Origin: Leptogorgia sarmentosa
Lineage: Eukaryota
Assembly (NCBI GenBank): GCA_964658305.1
Contig: OZ210885.1
Location: 19,592,001 to 19,656,000, forward strand
Length of the DNA stretch: 64,000 nucleotides
Direction: 5' to 3'
Shown: positions 62,801 through 64,000 of the stretch, piece by piece
Layout of the letters: the number at the start of each line of letters is the position of its first letter
How positions within the stretch are numbered: position 1 is the stretch's first letter
Notes under the pieces: generated by a model
Told to the model about the DNA's origin: nothing
Seen by the model: the letters and a program-made list of their open reading frames with translations, nothing else
Database searches by the model: none
Translations under genes and position numbers: made by a program

Positions 62801-63890
62801 TCAAAAACGGTTAGAAACCTTGGATCAGTCTTTGATGAAAGCATGAATCTAGAGCAACATGTAAAGGATGTGTGTAAATGTGCTTTCTACCACATTCAGA
62901 ATATATCAAAGATAAGAGACTGTCTTACTCAGAACGATACTGAGACGTTGGTACACGCATTTATATCAAGCAAACTTGATTTTTGTAGCGCATTGCTTTA
63001 TGGCTTACCACAGTGTGTGATAGATAAGCTTCAACGTGTTCAAAACTCGGCGGCACGTCTTGTAACTCGAACTCGTAAATATGAACATATCACACCAGTA
63101 CTCATGGATTTACACTGGTTACCAGTAGAGCAGCATATCAAATACAAGATACTGTTATTAACATACAAATCGTTGAATGGAATGGCACCTAAGTATCTGA
63201 GTGATCTTCTTCATTGTCATCCAACGAGACAACTTAGGTCAGCATCAAAACATCTGCTTGTTCCACCTAAAGTAAATCTTAAATGATATGGTGAAAGATC
63301 CTTCAAATCTGCCTCCCCAAGACTATGGAACTCTCTGCCTGAAAATGTTCGAGCTAGTCCATCACTTGACTCTTTTAAAACTAGACTAAAGACTTTCCTT
63401 TATAAAGAAGCTTTTAATAAAGATTCTTATTTTCTTTATATTATATATAATTATATATAGACTACGTCTCTCACGGTTGTATTGTAAATATGTAAATATT
63501 AATATTTTATCAAATTGTAAAGCGTCTTTGAGCTTCGGGAAACAGCGCTATATAAATCTATTAAATTATTTATTATTATTAAATTAATACAGTTTTGAAA
63601 TCACCAGAAGCAGTTGATGTTAATCGCGGATTAAGATACCTCACAGTTACATGTGATCGCAAATCCGCTTAAAAATGTTGACACAGACGGAAGTGCAAAC
63701 ACAAACATTGCCTATCTACCCATTCCTCCGTTTCCGGTTTTAACGAAAATCATCCCGTGGTTTCTGTTAAGGAAGACATTGTTACCAAAATGACGTTTAC
63801 CGTAAACCCAAACATAAATATTCCAGTGGATGTTGACGTGCTTCTTAATCTCGTTGTGAATGGTATACATATGGAACACACTTAGCGAAT
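59826..63890 (+). pseudogene. Polinton beta-rich protein (possible minor-capsid-like), split by an L2 LINE
   Basis: LGELLGFPANEPILAN (to 60148) continues in frame as TVLKSPEAVDVNRGLRYLTVTCD after 63590. Confidence 0.5.
60149..63585 (+). mobile_element. L2-clade LINE (APE plus RT ORF2 at about 60527-63286)
   Basis: LALTETWL, GDLN, SDH, PQGSVLGP and FYADDSQLY; short ATT-repeat tail; 5-bp TSD AATAC (60144-60148, 63586-63590). Confidence 0.92.
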
Positions 63891-63906
63891 GTTAGTCATT
63901 TATAGG

Positions 63907-64000
63907 ATGTCTTTGTATGTGAAAAGAACCCTACCGCTCCTTCAAACACTAGCAGCATCAAAGCCAGCCTTGCGAAACGCTATTCTTCAGCACGCTCCCT
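63907..64000 (+). CDS. Start of a conserved small Polinton protein (partial)
   Basis: MSLYVKRTLPLLQTLAASKPALRNAILQHAP resembles the basic amphipathic N-terminus of a small protein common in Polintons; runs off the window. Confidence 0.5.
   Translation, partial: MSLYVKRTLPLLQTLAASKPALRNAILQHAP

Larger units (their letters stand above)
50634..64000 (+). mobile_element. Polinton/Maverick (adintovirus-like), left portion
   Basis: AGTAGT terminus followed by a repeat-rich TIR region, a protein-primed PolB and a packaging ATPase; runs off the window. Confidence 0.9.

Overview
This is eukaryotic, repeat-dense DNA with no ordinary host protein-coding gene. It is probably from a marine invertebrate such as a cnidarian, which is an inference from the TE repertoire only. 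It falls into three blocks. (1) 1-25.6 kb is a nest of decayed DNA transposons: an IS3EU-like element with a 6-bp TSD carrying a HECT-like gene (split by a solo LTR), a MULE-SWIM/Ulp1 element, hAT pieces, a DIRS 3' end, and a Harbinger element inserted in a Transib/RAG1-like ORF. (2) 26-50 kb is the wreck of a tandem U2-U1 snRNA gene array with a unit of about 1.5 kb. It has been invaded, always in the sense orientation, by four Utopia-like restriction-like-endonuclease (RLE) retrotransposons at U2 nt 39-58 and by five Tx1-clade elements (a sixth short Tx1 fragment abuts the left edge). One Tx1 starts inside U1, and two define a U2 site at nt 22-27. One Tx1 3' UTR carries a mimic of U1 stem-loop II. 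Only one full-length snRNA (U1, with an A7G change) survives. (3) 50.6-64 kb is the left part of a Polinton/Maverick with spliceosomal introns in pPolB and in another gene, a GRF zinc-finger gene, a Bcl-2-like ORF and a packaging ATPase, interrupted by an L2 LINE. Boundaries supported by TSDs are exact. Other boundaries and all family names come from motif recognition by eye, not from database searches.
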